Positions 9,158 through 17,296 of a stretch of DNA of 25,138 bases are shown here, piece by piece. The first letter of the stretch is position 1. Each line of letters begins with the position of its first letter. Source of the DNA: Bacillota bacterium (lineage in GTDB: Bacteria; Bacillota; Clostridia; Lachnospirales; Lachnospiraceae). The stretch covers positions 1 through 25,138 of the forward strand of contig JAEWWQ010000359.1 of NCBI GenBank assembly GCA_023458855.1, read 5' to 3'. The translations under genes and the position numbers were made by a program. Under the pieces are notes generated by a model. The model saw nothing but the letters and a program-made list of their open reading frames with translations, did no database searches and had not been told where the DNA came from.

Positions 9158-9188
9158 GCGCAATTAAGAAACCATGTACAGCATTCTA

Positions 9189-10436
9189 TCAGCTGAAGAT
9201 CATTTCATCCAGAATCTTCATGTATTTATCTTTCGTTTTTAGATTTTTGGTCTCAGTATTCTTTTTTTCCATACCGGTATAAAAAGAATATGTAACAGGA
9301 AGAAAGGATTCTAAAATATCTAAATATTCTTTTGAAAAAAATTCCTTATTCTGGATAACAGAAAAGTAAATAAGCTGATAACAATTGTATAAAATAAAGT
9401 TCTTAAATTCATAATTTTCAGGTTGATAAGATTCCATGATCTCATGAATGAAATGTAACATTTTGTTTACGATCTTTTCTTCTTGTTCGTAGTGCAGATT
9501 TACTGTAAAAATTGTTTGGTTCAATATTTGTGAATCTTCCTTGATATCTTGCAGATCATCTGCTAATTGCAGGAAAAATCCAAATCCGAGATAAAAAAAT
9601 ACATCAGCTTCAGTTATTTCCTTATTAACAAAAAAACGATCGATCAATACAGAAATGCCGCCTTTATAAAGAGAAATATCCAATCGTTCTTCAACAGTCA
9701 GAAGAAGGTTTTTATTCTGCTGCCGTATACTGTCTTCCTGTGCTTCCAGCATCATAAGCAGCAATGTAAAAATGGTTGCGTCAGCAGTTCGCGGATAATC
9801 AGATTCAATTGACTGAAGCAGTTCACATGTTTTTTGTTGATGTATAGTTTTGGGGGAAACTTCCTTACCTATCAATTTATCCCGGATTATTTGATTATAT
9901 TCAGATTTTTGTTCATTGGAATAGTTTTTACTGTCAATAAAATTATCTGTGAAAGGATAAAGCATACTATATCCAAAGCCTGCCATACTCAATCCGGATT
10001 TTATCTGATTTATCTCTTTGAACATTGCATACACCACATAATTTCGCATAGCTTGTCCTATTCCATCAAAAGATAATTCAGGAGCAAATTTTCTTACATG
10101 GATCAGAAAATCCCTGAGCTCTTCTTTAAAAGAGTCTAATGTCTGCTGATTCACGGAATCGTGTATTCCGATTATTGTTTCTTCCCGTAAAAAAGCATCT
10201 ATCATAGACAATGTTCTTCGCTTCCATTTTTTTCGTCCTATCGGTATACGGGAAAACTTATTGAGCTGTTTCTGGAAATTATCTGAAACAGTTTGCAGAT
10301 ACTGTTCATTCTGCGTTTTTGTTTTTCTGTCAATTTCTAACATAAAATCTGGAAATAAATCGCTGGCAGCATACCACTTATTTTTTATCACAGTAAAATA
10401 ATTTTCTTTAACGAGATGCAAATTTGATAGAACCAT
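9189..10436 (-). CDS. Uncharacterised protein with class-1 isoprenoid (prenyltransferase/terpene synthase-like) motifs; alternative start 10448
   Basis: GFFLQLADDLQD (SARM-like DDxxD), YPFTDNFID (FARM-like), EAQEDS and YKGG. GAGG RBS before the ATG at 10436. Confidence 0.65.
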   Translation of the reverse strand: MVLSNLHLVKENYFTVIKNKWYAASDLFPDFMLEIDRKTKTQNEQYLQTVSDNFQKQLNKFSRIPIGRKKWKRRTLSMIDAFLREETIIGIHDSVNQQTLDSFKEELRDFLIHVRKFAPELSFDGIGQAMRNYVVYAMFKEINQIKSGLSMAGFGYSMLYPFTDNFIDSKNYSNEQKSEYNQIIRDKLIGKEVSPKTIHQQKTCELLQSIESDYPRTADATIFTLLLMMLEAQEDSIRQQNKNLLLTVEERLDISLYKGGISVLIDRFFVNKEITEADVFFYLGFGFFLQLADDLQDIKEDSQILNQTIFTVNLHYEQEEKIVNKMLHFIHEIMESYQPENYEFKNFILYNCYQLIYFSVIQNKEFFSKEYLDILESFLPVTYSFYTGMEKKNTETKNLKTKDKYMKILDEMIFS

Positions 10437-10442
10437 TGTTTT

Positions 10443-10475
10443 CCTCATTTCTGCGCAGCCTTCATGCGCACCTCA
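10443..10475 (-). repeat. RBS-proximal hairpin element, copy B: TGAGG-TGCGCA-TGAAGGC-TGCGCA-GAAA-TGAGG
   Basis: 6-bp stem at 10452-10470 flanked by a TGAGG direct repeat (10471-10475 and 10443-10447). Confidence 0.6.
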
Positions 10476-10502
10476 GGTAGAATTTATAATAGTAATTTAT
10501 AA

Positions 10503-10511
10503 ATTATATCA
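10503..10511 (-). promoter_or_regulatory. Extended -10 promoter (TGaTATAAT) for the isoprenoid-synthase-like gene
   Basis: Perfect TGnTATAAT on the minus strand; weak -35 (ATGAAC). Confidence 0.5.
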
Positions 10512-10558
10512 TGAAACTAAAGCGTGTTCATGGAAAAAAGCAAAAAGCTGAAAAATAC

Positions 10559-10587
10559 TTTTCATTTAAAAGTAAATGATGTATAAT
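10559..10587 (+). promoter_or_regulatory. Probable sigmaA promoter for rho (TTTTCA-17-TATAAT)
   Basis: Consensus -10 at 10582-10587 and A-tracts upstream. Confidence 0.5.
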
Positions 10588-10711
10588 GTGAAAAGTGCAT
10601 AACAATTCAAAAGACATATCTGTTTTAATTCCCAACAATTGATGAAAAGAATGATAGATAAATTTTAAAATTTAGATATTGAATATGAAATGTTAAATAT
10701 GGAGGAACTAA

Positions 10712-12073
10712 ATGAGAGAAAAGTACGAATCACTTGCCCTTTCTGATCTTCGTGAGATTGCAAAAACGCGGGAAATTAAGGGAGCTGCTTCTTTAAAAAA
10801 GGCGGATCTGATTGATGCCATGTTAGAAGCGGATGAAAAAGACAAGGCACAGGGAAAAGAAGTGGAACCAAGGATGGTATTGAGCAGGCCGGGTGAAGCA
10901 AGAGAGGGTAAAAAGGAAGAGGAGGATAAATTTCCTTCGGAACTGGACAGCGGGATTGCAGCCCACGGTATTTTGGAAGTCATGCCGGATGGATATGGAT
11001 TTATCCGTTGTGCGAATTACCTGCCTGGGGAGAATGATGTATATGTAGCACCGAGCCAGATTCGCCGGTTTAATATGAAGACAGGTGATATTATAGATGG
11101 AAACACCAGAGTAAAGACGCAAAGTGAGAAGTTCAGTGCGCTGCTGTTTGTCAAGAAAATTAATAATCTGCCGCCGGAAGTAGCCGCCAGAAGAAAGAAC
11201 TTTGAAGATATGACACCGATCTTTCCGAATGAGCGATTGCGCCTTGAGACATCAGGTTCCACAGTATCCATGAGAATTATGGATCTGATGAGTCCTGTCG
11301 GTAAAGGACAAAGAGGAATGATCGTGTCTCCACCTAAAGCAGGTAAGACCACCTTATTAAAAGAAGTAGCAAAATCTATAAAACAGAACAGTCCCGATAT
11401 GCATCTGATCATCTTATTAATCGATGAGCGCCCGGAAGAGGTTACTGACATCAGAGAAGCGATTGAGGGACCGAATGTAGAAGTGATATATTCCACATTT
11501 GACGAACTGCCGGATCATCATAAGAGAGTGGCGGAAATGGTGATCGAAAGAGCAAAGCGTCTCGTAGAACATAAAAAAGATGTCATGATTCTGTTAGACA
11601 GTATCACACGTCTGACAAGAGCCTACAACCTGACAGTTCCGCCAAGTGGAAGAACTCTGTCGGGCGGTCTGGATCCGGCAGCACTCCATATGCCAAAGCG
11701 ATTTTTCGGGGCTGCAAGAAATATGCGTGAAGGCGGAAGTCTTACTATTCTTGCAACAGCGCTGGTTGATACAGGAAGCAAGATGGATGATGTGGTATAT
11801 GAGGAGTTCAAGGGAACCGGTAATATGGAAATGGTTCTGGATAGAAAATTATCTGAGCGTCGTGTATTTCCGGCGATTGATATTCCAAAATCCGGTACCA
11901 GAAGAGAAGATTTATTGTTGACCGCGGAGGAATTGGAAGCAATTAATATCATGCGGAAAGCATTAAATGGTATGAAGCCGGAAGAAGCTGTGGATAAGAT
12001 CCTGGATATGTTCATGAAGACAAAAACAAATATTGAATTCGTAAATACAGTGAAAAAAATTAAATTTATTTAA
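10712..12073 (+). CDS. rho: Transcription termination factor Rho
   Basis: DGYGFIR, DVYVAPSQIRRF, GKGQRGMIVSPPKAGKT, LLIDERPEEVTD, LLDSITRL, EEFKGTGN, SGTRREDLL. GGAGG RBS. Confidence 0.98.
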   Translation: MREKYESLALSDLREIAKTREIKGAASLKKADLIDAMLEADEKDKAQGKEVEPRMVLSRPGEAREGKKEEEDKFPSELDSGIAAHGILEVMPDGYGFIRCANYLPGENDVYVAPSQIRRFNMKTGDIIDGNTRVKTQSEKFSALLFVKKINNLPPEVAARRKNFEDMTPIFPNERLRLETSGSTVSMRIMDLMSPVGKGQRGMIVSPPKAGKTTLLKEVAKSIKQNSPDMHLIILLIDERPEEVTDIREAIEGPNVEVIYSTFDELPDHHKRVAEMVIERAKRLVEHKKDVMILLDSITRLTRAYNLTVPPSGRTLSGGLDPAALHMPKRFFGAARNMREGGSLTILATALVDTGSKMDDVVYEEFKGTGNMEMVLDRKLSERRVFPAIDIPKSGTRREDLLLTAEELEAINIMRKALNGMKPEEAVDKILDMFMKTKTNIEFVNTVKKIKFI

Positions 12074-12098
12074 TTGATTCTTATTTAATAAAAAGTAC

Positions 12099-12127
12099 TT
12101 GCATGGTGTTATTTTCTATGTTACAAT
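12099..12127 (+). promoter_or_regulatory. SigmaA promoter for rpmE (TTGCAT-17-TACAAT, extended -10)
   Basis: -35 at 12099-12104, TG at 12119-12120, -10 at 12122-12127. Confidence 0.75.
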
Positions 12128-12188
12128 AAACAAGCTGTTTATGAGATGAGAACAAAACTATTATGATTTATATAGAGAGGTGAAAGTA

Positions 12189-12395
12189 ATGAGAGAAGGA
12201 ATCCATCCTGAGTATTATCAGGCAACCGTAACATGTAACTGTGGTAATACATTTGTAACTGGTTCAACAAAATCGGAAATCCACGTGGAAGTTTGTTCAA
12301 AATGCCACACATTCTACACAGGTCAGCAAAAATCTGTTAGAGCTGATGGACGTATTGATAAGTTCAACAAGAAATATGGTGTGGAAAGCAAATAA
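12189..12395 (+). CDS. rpmE: 50S ribosomal protein L31 (Zn-binding C+ type)
   Basis: [13 protein letters not shown]...[22 protein letters not shown]. The GAGGTGA RBS favours the ATG at 12189. Confidence 0.97.
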   Translation: MREGIHPEYYQATVTCNCGNTFVTGSTKSEIHVEVCSKCHTFYTGQQKSVRADGRIDKFNKKYGVESK

Positions 12396-12406
12396 GTATT
12401 GCAGAC

Positions 12407-12440
12407 AAGGTTGAGGTTTAATTATCTCAACCTTATTTTT
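12407..12440 (+). terminator. Rho-independent terminator after rpmE
   Basis: AAGGTTGAG/CTCAACCTT stem followed by ATTTTT. Confidence 0.8.
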
Positions 12441-12509
12441 GCTATATAGATATTTTAAACTGATGTCAGTGTGAAATAATCAATATAGTGATGAAAGACT
12501 GGAGTCAGA

Positions 12510-13526
12510 ATGAAAAAAACAAAGATAAACAGATCTTCAGGGATTGGTGGGCAGGCAGTTCTGGAAGGTGTTATGATGAAAAATAAGGACACTTATGCTG
12601 TCGCAGTCAGAAAACCAAATGGAGAAATTGAAATTGAGACAGAAGAATTCGCAGGTGTCATGCATGAAAATAAATTAAAAAAAGTACCATTTATAAGAGG
12701 AACTTTTAACTTTATAGATTCCTTAATGTTAGGAATGCGTGCATTGACTTTTTCATCATCATTTTATGAAGAAGAGGAAAGTGAAGAGACAAAAACGGAT
12801 AGGGCCATGAAAAAGCTATTCAAGGAGAAAGCGGAAAAAGTGCTTATGGGATTGACGATTGCTTTCTCTGTTGTTATGGCAGTTGCTGTTTTTATGATTC
12901 TGCCTTATTTTTTGTCCTCTTTATTAAATAGATTTGTGCGTAACATGTCACTTCTGGCTATTATCGAGGGTATTATACGTATCCTGATATTTGTATTATA
13001 TGTTGTAGCAATCTCGGTAATGAAAGATATCCGAAGAGTATACCAGTATCATGGTGCGGAACATAAATGTATCAATTGTATTGAGAAGGGGAGACCGCTG
13101 ACAGTCAGGAATGTAATGAGAAGTTCCAAGCAGCATAAGCGCTGCGGAACAAGTTTCATGCTATTTGTCATGTTTGTAAGTGTTATTCTGTTCTTCTTCA
13201 TTCGTGTAGAGAATCCGGTATACCGTGTTTTGCTTCGTATCTTATTGATACCTGTGATTGCAGGAATCTCATATGAGATTATCAGACTGGCAGGAAGAAG
13301 CAATAATATTCTGGTACGTATCATTTCAGCTCCCGGTATGTGGTTACAGAGGCTGACTACAAAAGAACCGGATGAAGATATGGTAGAAGTCGCGATTGCT
13401 TCGGTGGAAGCGGTATTTGACTGGAAGGCATATCTGCTGGATACGTTTGGTTATGAGGTAGATGATTCGTGGCTGGATGATGCACAGGAAGAGGATAAAA
13501 AAGAAGATACAGACAGCAGTAAATAA
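12510..13526 (+). CDS. DUF1385 (YqhQ-like) membrane protein
   Basis: IGGQAVLEGVMM, YHGAEHK, HKRCGTSF, LQRLTTKEP. Usual position between rpmE and prmC in Clostridia. Confidence 0.92.
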   Translation: MKKTKINRSSGIGGQAVLEGVMMKNKDTYAVAVRKPNGEIEIETEEFAGVMHENKLKKVPFIRGTFNFIDSLMLGMRALTFSSSFYEEEESEETKTDRAMKKLFKEKAEKVLMGLTIAFSVVMAVAVFMILPYFLSSLLNRFVRNMSLLAIIEGIIRILIFVLYVVAISVMKDIRRVYQYHGAEHKCINCIEKGRPLTVRNVMRSSKQHKRCGTSFMLFVMFVSVILFFFIRVENPVYRVLLRILLIPVIAGISYEIIRLAGRSNNILVRIISAPGMWLQRLTTKEPDEDMVEVAIASVEAVFDWKAYLLDTFGYEVDDSWLDDAQEEDKKEDTDSSK

Positions 13527-13543
13527 TAAAAGGTAATTAAGCG

Positions 13544-14386
13544 ATGAAGTATAAAGAGGTATACACAGAAGGCTGTGAGAGGTTGTATGGAAGGCAGATA
13601 GAGAATGCCAAGTTAGATGCCAGATTACTGTTGGAATTCATATGTCATACAAATCGAAATGATCTGTTAGCACATGGTGACAGAGAAGTATCAGAGGAGA
13701 ATTATCGAAAATATCAACAGGTTATTGAAAAAAGAGAACAACATATTCCTTTGCAGCATATAACTGGTTCACAGGAATTTATGGGCTTACAATTTCAAGT
13801 GAATGAAAAGGTACTGATTCCAAGGCAGGATACGGAAGTTCTGGTGGAGGAAGCTATGCTTCATCTGCATGACGGGATGCGTATTCTGGATATGTGTACG
13901 GGATCTGGGTGTATTTTACTTAGTTTATTGCACTATTCCAATGATTGTGCTGGTACAGGTGTAGATATTTCGGCAGAAGCCCTTGCGGTTGCCCGGGAGA
14001 ACGCGGAAAATCTGGAGATAGCGGCTGATTTTATACAAAGTGACCTGTTCCGACAGCTGGAATTCAATGAAAAATATGATATGCTGGTATCGAATCCCCC
14101 ATATATTCAGACAAAGATGGTGGAAACCCTGATGCCGGAAGTGCGGGACCATGAACCTGTGATTGCACTTGACGGAATGGAAGACGGTCTTTTCTTCTAT
14201 AACAGAATTATAGAGGAATGCGGTGCATATCTAAATGGCGGTGCCTGCGTACTATTTGAGATAGGATACGACCAGGGGCAGCAGGTAAAGGAACTTATGG
14301 AGCAACAAGGATTTAGAGAAGTAACGGTGATGAAGGATTTTGCAGGTCTTGACCGTGTCGTCACAGGGACTTTTGTGAAAGGATAG
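13544..14386 (+). CDS. prmC: Peptide chain release factor N5-glutamine methyltransferase
   Basis: PLQHITG, VLIPRQDTE, LDMCTGSGCI, VSNPPYI, FEIGYDQ. Adjacent to prfA. Confidence 0.96.
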   Translation: MKYKEVYTEGCERLYGRQIENAKLDARLLLEFICHTNRNDLLAHGDREVSEENYRKYQQVIEKREQHIPLQHITGSQEFMGLQFQVNEKVLIPRQDTEVLVEEAMLHLHDGMRILDMCTGSGCILLSLLHYSNDCAGTGVDISAEALAVARENAENLEIAADFIQSDLFRQLEFNEKYDMLVSNPPYIQTKMVETLMPEVRDHEPVIALDGMEDGLFFYNRIIEECGAYLNGGACVLFEIGYDQGQQVKELMEQQGFREVTVMKDFAGLDRVVTGTFVKG

Positions 14387-14397
14387 AAGTGTAGAAC

Positions 14398-15471
14398 ATG
14401 TTTGATAAATTAGAGGATTTATTGATTCGATTTGAAGAGGTTCTGGGAGAACTGAATGAACCTACAGTAACGAATAATCAGGATAGATTCCGCTCGTTGA
14501 TGAAAGAGCAAAGTGAATTGACACCAATTGTGGAAGCTTATAAAGAATACAAGAAATGCAATCAGGATATCGAAGACAGTCTTGCTATGTTAGAGAGTGA
14601 ATCTGATGAAGAAATGCGTGAAATGTTAAAAGAGGAACTGAATACAGCCAAGAAGCGCGTAGAGGAATTACAACAGGAGTTAAAGATTCTCTTACTTCCA
14701 AAAGACCCAAATGACGGAAAAGATGTTATTGTAGAGATTCGTGCGGGTGCTGGCGGAGATGAGGCTGCTCTGTTTGCAGCAGAAATGTATCGATTGTATG
14801 TTCATTATGCGGAGAAGCAGCGTTGGAAAGTGGAGACAGTCAGTGTGGATGAGATCGGTATCGGTGGTATGAAGGAAGTAAGTTTCATAATTAGTGGTAA
14901 CGGTGCTTATTCTAAATTGAAATATGAAAGCGGTGTGCACCGTGTACAGCGTATTCCGGAAACAGAATCAGGTGGAAGAATCCATACGTCCACGATTACC
15001 GTAGCAGTGATGCCGGAAGTAGAAGATGTAGATGTAGTGATTGAAGACAAAGATATCCGTATTGATGTTATGCGTGCATCCGGTAATGGTGGGCAGTGTG
15101 TCAATACAACAGATTCAGCGGTTCGTCTGACCCACTATCCGACAGGAATCGTAGTATATAGCCAGACGGAGAAGTCGCAATTACAGAATAAAGAGAAAGC
15201 GTTCGCACTCTTGCGTGCTAAATTATATGATATCGAACAGCAGAAACAGCATGATGCGGAAGCAGAGCTTCGCAGAAGCCAGATCGGCACCGGAGACCGC
15301 TCTGAAAAGATCCGTACCTATAACTTCCCTCAGGGTCGTGTGACAGATCATAGAATCAAGCTTACTTTATACAGAATTGATGCTATTATGAACGGTGATA
15401 TAGAAGAGTTATTAGATAGTCTTATTGCAGCCGACCAGGCAGCGAAACTTGCAAAGATGAATGAAAACTAG
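14398..15471 (+). CDS. prfA: Peptide chain release factor 1
   Basis: [22 protein letters not shown] (PxT motif of RF1), GGQ motif, [21 protein letters not shown]. Confidence 0.98.
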   Translation: MFDKLEDLLIRFEEVLGELNEPTVTNNQDRFRSLMKEQSELTPIVEAYKEYKKCNQDIEDSLAMLESESDEEMREMLKEELNTAKKRVEELQQELKILLLPKDPNDGKDVIVEIRAGAGGDEAALFAAEMYRLYVHYAEKQRWKVETVSVDEIGIGGMKEVSFIISGNGAYSKLKYESGVHRVQRIPETESGGRIHTSTITVAVMPEVEDVDVVIEDKDIRIDVMRASGNGGQCVNTTDSAVRLTHYPTGIVVYSQTEKSQLQNKEKAFALLRAKLYDIEQQKQHDAEAELRRSQIGTGDRSEKIRTYNFPQGRVTDHRIKLTLYRIDAIMNGDIEELLDSLIAADQAAKLAKMNEN

Positions 15472-15550
15472 GGAGACTGGGTTAGTTTTTACTGTTTCTC
15501 ATAAGCATCACCTCCATTCTATGTAAGAATAGATGTTAAATTCTATTCAT

Positions 15551-15580
15551 GATTAAGTTTTATCGCATCAGTACATACTA
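15551..15580 (+). promoter_or_regulatory. Possible forespore sigmaG-type promoter (GATTA-18-CATACTA)
   Basis: CATACTA at 15574-15580 matches the sigmaG -10. The -35 matches GHATR at 4 of 5 positions. Confidence 0.4.
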
Positions 15581-15598
15581 TCCATGAGGTGATGAATA

Positions 15599-15781
15599 GT
15601 GGGAATAAGTAAGAAACAAACAACGAAAAGCTTAGAAAGCAATAAACAGTTAGAAGCATTGGAAGAGCAGAAAAATCATAATAAGTTTAACAGTGCGACA
15701 GAAAAGAAAACGCCTGAGAATCAAAATCAAGAGCATAATGTACGAAAAGAAGGAATAGGAAAAATGAATCAGCTAAGATAG
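15599..15781 (+). CDS. Small hydrophilic Asn/Gln/Lys-rich protein, possibly spore-associated
   Basis: Strong GAGGTGA RBS, GTG start and its own terminator. Composition resembles small spore proteins (inference). Confidence 0.7.
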   Translation: MGISKKQTTKSLESNKQLEALEEQKNHNKFNSATEKKTPENQNQEHNVRKEGIGKMNQLR

Positions 15782-15810
15782 CATCCGAAAGGGTGCTGTT
15801 TTTGTTTTTT
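15777..15810 (+). terminator. Rho-independent terminator
   Basis: GATAGCATCC-GAAA-GGGTGCTGTT stem-loop followed by a T-rich tract. Confidence 0.85.
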
Positions 15811-15902
15811 GGAGTTCTTCAACGCTTCGGAAGCCCCCAAACCACTTCGCCATCTGCCAGTACAAAAAGTACAAGCTGGCGGCGGGCAAAACTGAAAAAA
15901 AT

Positions 15903-15920
15903 GTTGAGCAATATTCAGCA
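15903..15920. promoter_or_regulatory. Putative TetR operator O1 (GTTGAGCAATATTCAGCA)
   Basis: 16-bp exact repeat TGAGCAATATTCAGCA at 15905-15920 and 15962-15977; imperfect palindrome just upstream of the -35. Confidence 0.75.
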
Positions 15921-15926
15921 AAAGAC

Positions 15927-15955
15927 TTGAAAGATGAAAGCGAATGCGTTACAAT
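15927..15955 (+). promoter_or_regulatory. SigmaA promoter (TTGAAA-17-TACAAT) for the TetR-GNAT gene
   Basis: -35 at 15927-15932 and -10 at 15950-15955. Confidence 0.78.
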
Positions 15956-15959
15956 AAAA

Positions 15960-15977
15960 GCTGAGCAATATTCAGCA
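15960..15977. promoter_or_regulatory. Putative TetR operator O2 (GCTGAGCAATATTCAGCA) over the predicted transcription start
   Basis: GCTGA-N7-TCAGC palindrome between the -10 and the GGGAGG RBS. Confidence 0.78.
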
Positions 15978-15994
15978 CGGGAGGATTTAATAAT

Positions 15995-17059
15995 ATGACA
16001 AGAAAAGCGGTTACGGACGGTGGAAAATGCAGCGATATTGTCAGCGCGGCTTATGAATGTTTTTTTGAGAAAGGCTATGACGGCACATCGGTGCGTTCAA
16101 TCATGACCAGAGCCGGTGGCGAGATCGGTCTGTTTTATTATTACTTTGACAGCAAAGATGACGTGTTCGACCGTGTTCTTGATCGTTTCTTCACCCACTA
16201 CGAAACGGACTTTACCGCGATTGTAGCTCATGGCCGCCGAAACCCATGTCGAATCATACAAGATTTTTTTGAGTACATGGAACGCGAGACTGCAAAGTTT
16301 CGTACAGAGTATGCCACCAAGCTCCACCGGACAGTGCGCTGGGCTATTCGGGAACATACACTGGAGATCATTGAGCCGTATCTTTTGCAGGTTGTAGAAA
16401 TACAGAGTGACTATTATCATACTGCTCCAGCCATCGCACCGGAGGTAGCGGCCATGTATCTTACTCACGGTGTCGGTAGCGCTATTTTGCACGAGGAGAC
16501 CAAGGGATATTTAGCGCGGCGCGGAGATTTTAAGAGAGGCATCAGCTTGCTTATGGGTATGCCCATGGATGAGCAGGAACTCCGCATTCCTTACCCTGCA
16601 ACCTCCGATGATATTCCCGGTTGGATGGAGCTGGTACAAGAGGTAAAGGCGGTGTTTCCCGGTCTTGATGAAGGTGACTATGAAAAGAAGCTTGCACAGT
16701 ACATTCATCGCAATGAGGCATGGGTAATCCGCTACGAAGGCAAAATTGCAGCAGCAATGCTCTTTTCCAAAGAACGTCGGGAGATAGATTTTCTTGCGGT
16801 TACACAGAACTATCGGCGGAGAGGTCTTGCTGAAAAGCTTGTGGAAACAGCGGCCGCGCAGTTCACAGTAGGAACGAAGCTCACCGTTACGACCTATCGG
16901 CAGGATGACACGCAAGGAGCGGCAGCGCGGGCGTTTTATGAGGCGCTGGGCTTTGTATCCGGCGAGGAAGTGACTGCGTTTGGCTACCCATGCCAGAAGT
17001 TAATTTTGACTGTTCCGGACGGTACCCCGGCGAGGACGAGACTGAAACCAAGCAAATGA
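15995..17059 (+). CDS. TetR/AcrR-family regulator fused to a C-terminal GNAT acetyltransferase
   Basis: N-terminal FFEKGYDGTSVRSI...GLFYYYFDSKD (TetR HTH). C-terminal FLAVTQNYRRRGLAEKL (acetyl-CoA motif A) and ARAFYEALGF. No internal stop. Confidence 0.9.
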   Translation: MTRKAVTDGGKCSDIVSAAYECFFEKGYDGTSVRSIMTRAGGEIGLFYYYFDSKDDVFDRVLDRFFTHYETDFTAIVAHGRRNPCRIIQDFFEYMERETAKFRTEYATKLHRTVRWAIREHTLEIIEPYLLQVVEIQSDYYHTAPAIAPEVAAMYLTHGVGSAILHEETKGYLARRGDFKRGISLLMGMPMDEQELRIPYPATSDDIPGWMELVQEVKAVFPGLDEGDYEKKLAQYIHRNEAWVIRYEGKIAAAMLFSKERREIDFLAVTQNYRRRGLAEKLVETAAAQFTVGTKLTVTTYRQDDTQGAAARAFYEALGFVSGEEVTAFGYPCQKLILTVPDGTPARTRLKPSK

Positions 17060-17296
17060 CGGCCGAACACCGGGCGCGTGTTATGTCAACAAGTGGATTG
17101 CAGGCGCAAAGTTGATACCGAATAGAAACAATCGCTGCATGTGCTATAAGATATGTGATGTAAGCACGCTTAAGATTTTTTTCGCTGAAGACAATCCGTC
17201 CAAAACAAGATTCAAAGAGGATACGCGGCTTTCGTGGGGGATTTCAAAAGCAGAGCCAAAACATTTTGCTATTAAAAGAAAACGAGAGGAATTATA

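Noticed and set aside
10510..10532. CATGAA-N11-TTCATG inverted repeat in the divergent promoter region
   Set aside because: Only 6-bp arms in AT-rich DNA; expected by chance.
12128..12188. Ribosomal protein L31 leader RNA
   Set aside because: Plausible by position, but I cannot match it to a known leader structure by eye; needs an Rfam scan.
15811..15900. Group IIC intron inserted after the terminator
   Set aside because: No GTGCG 5' end, no domain V sequence and no reverse transcriptase ORF.
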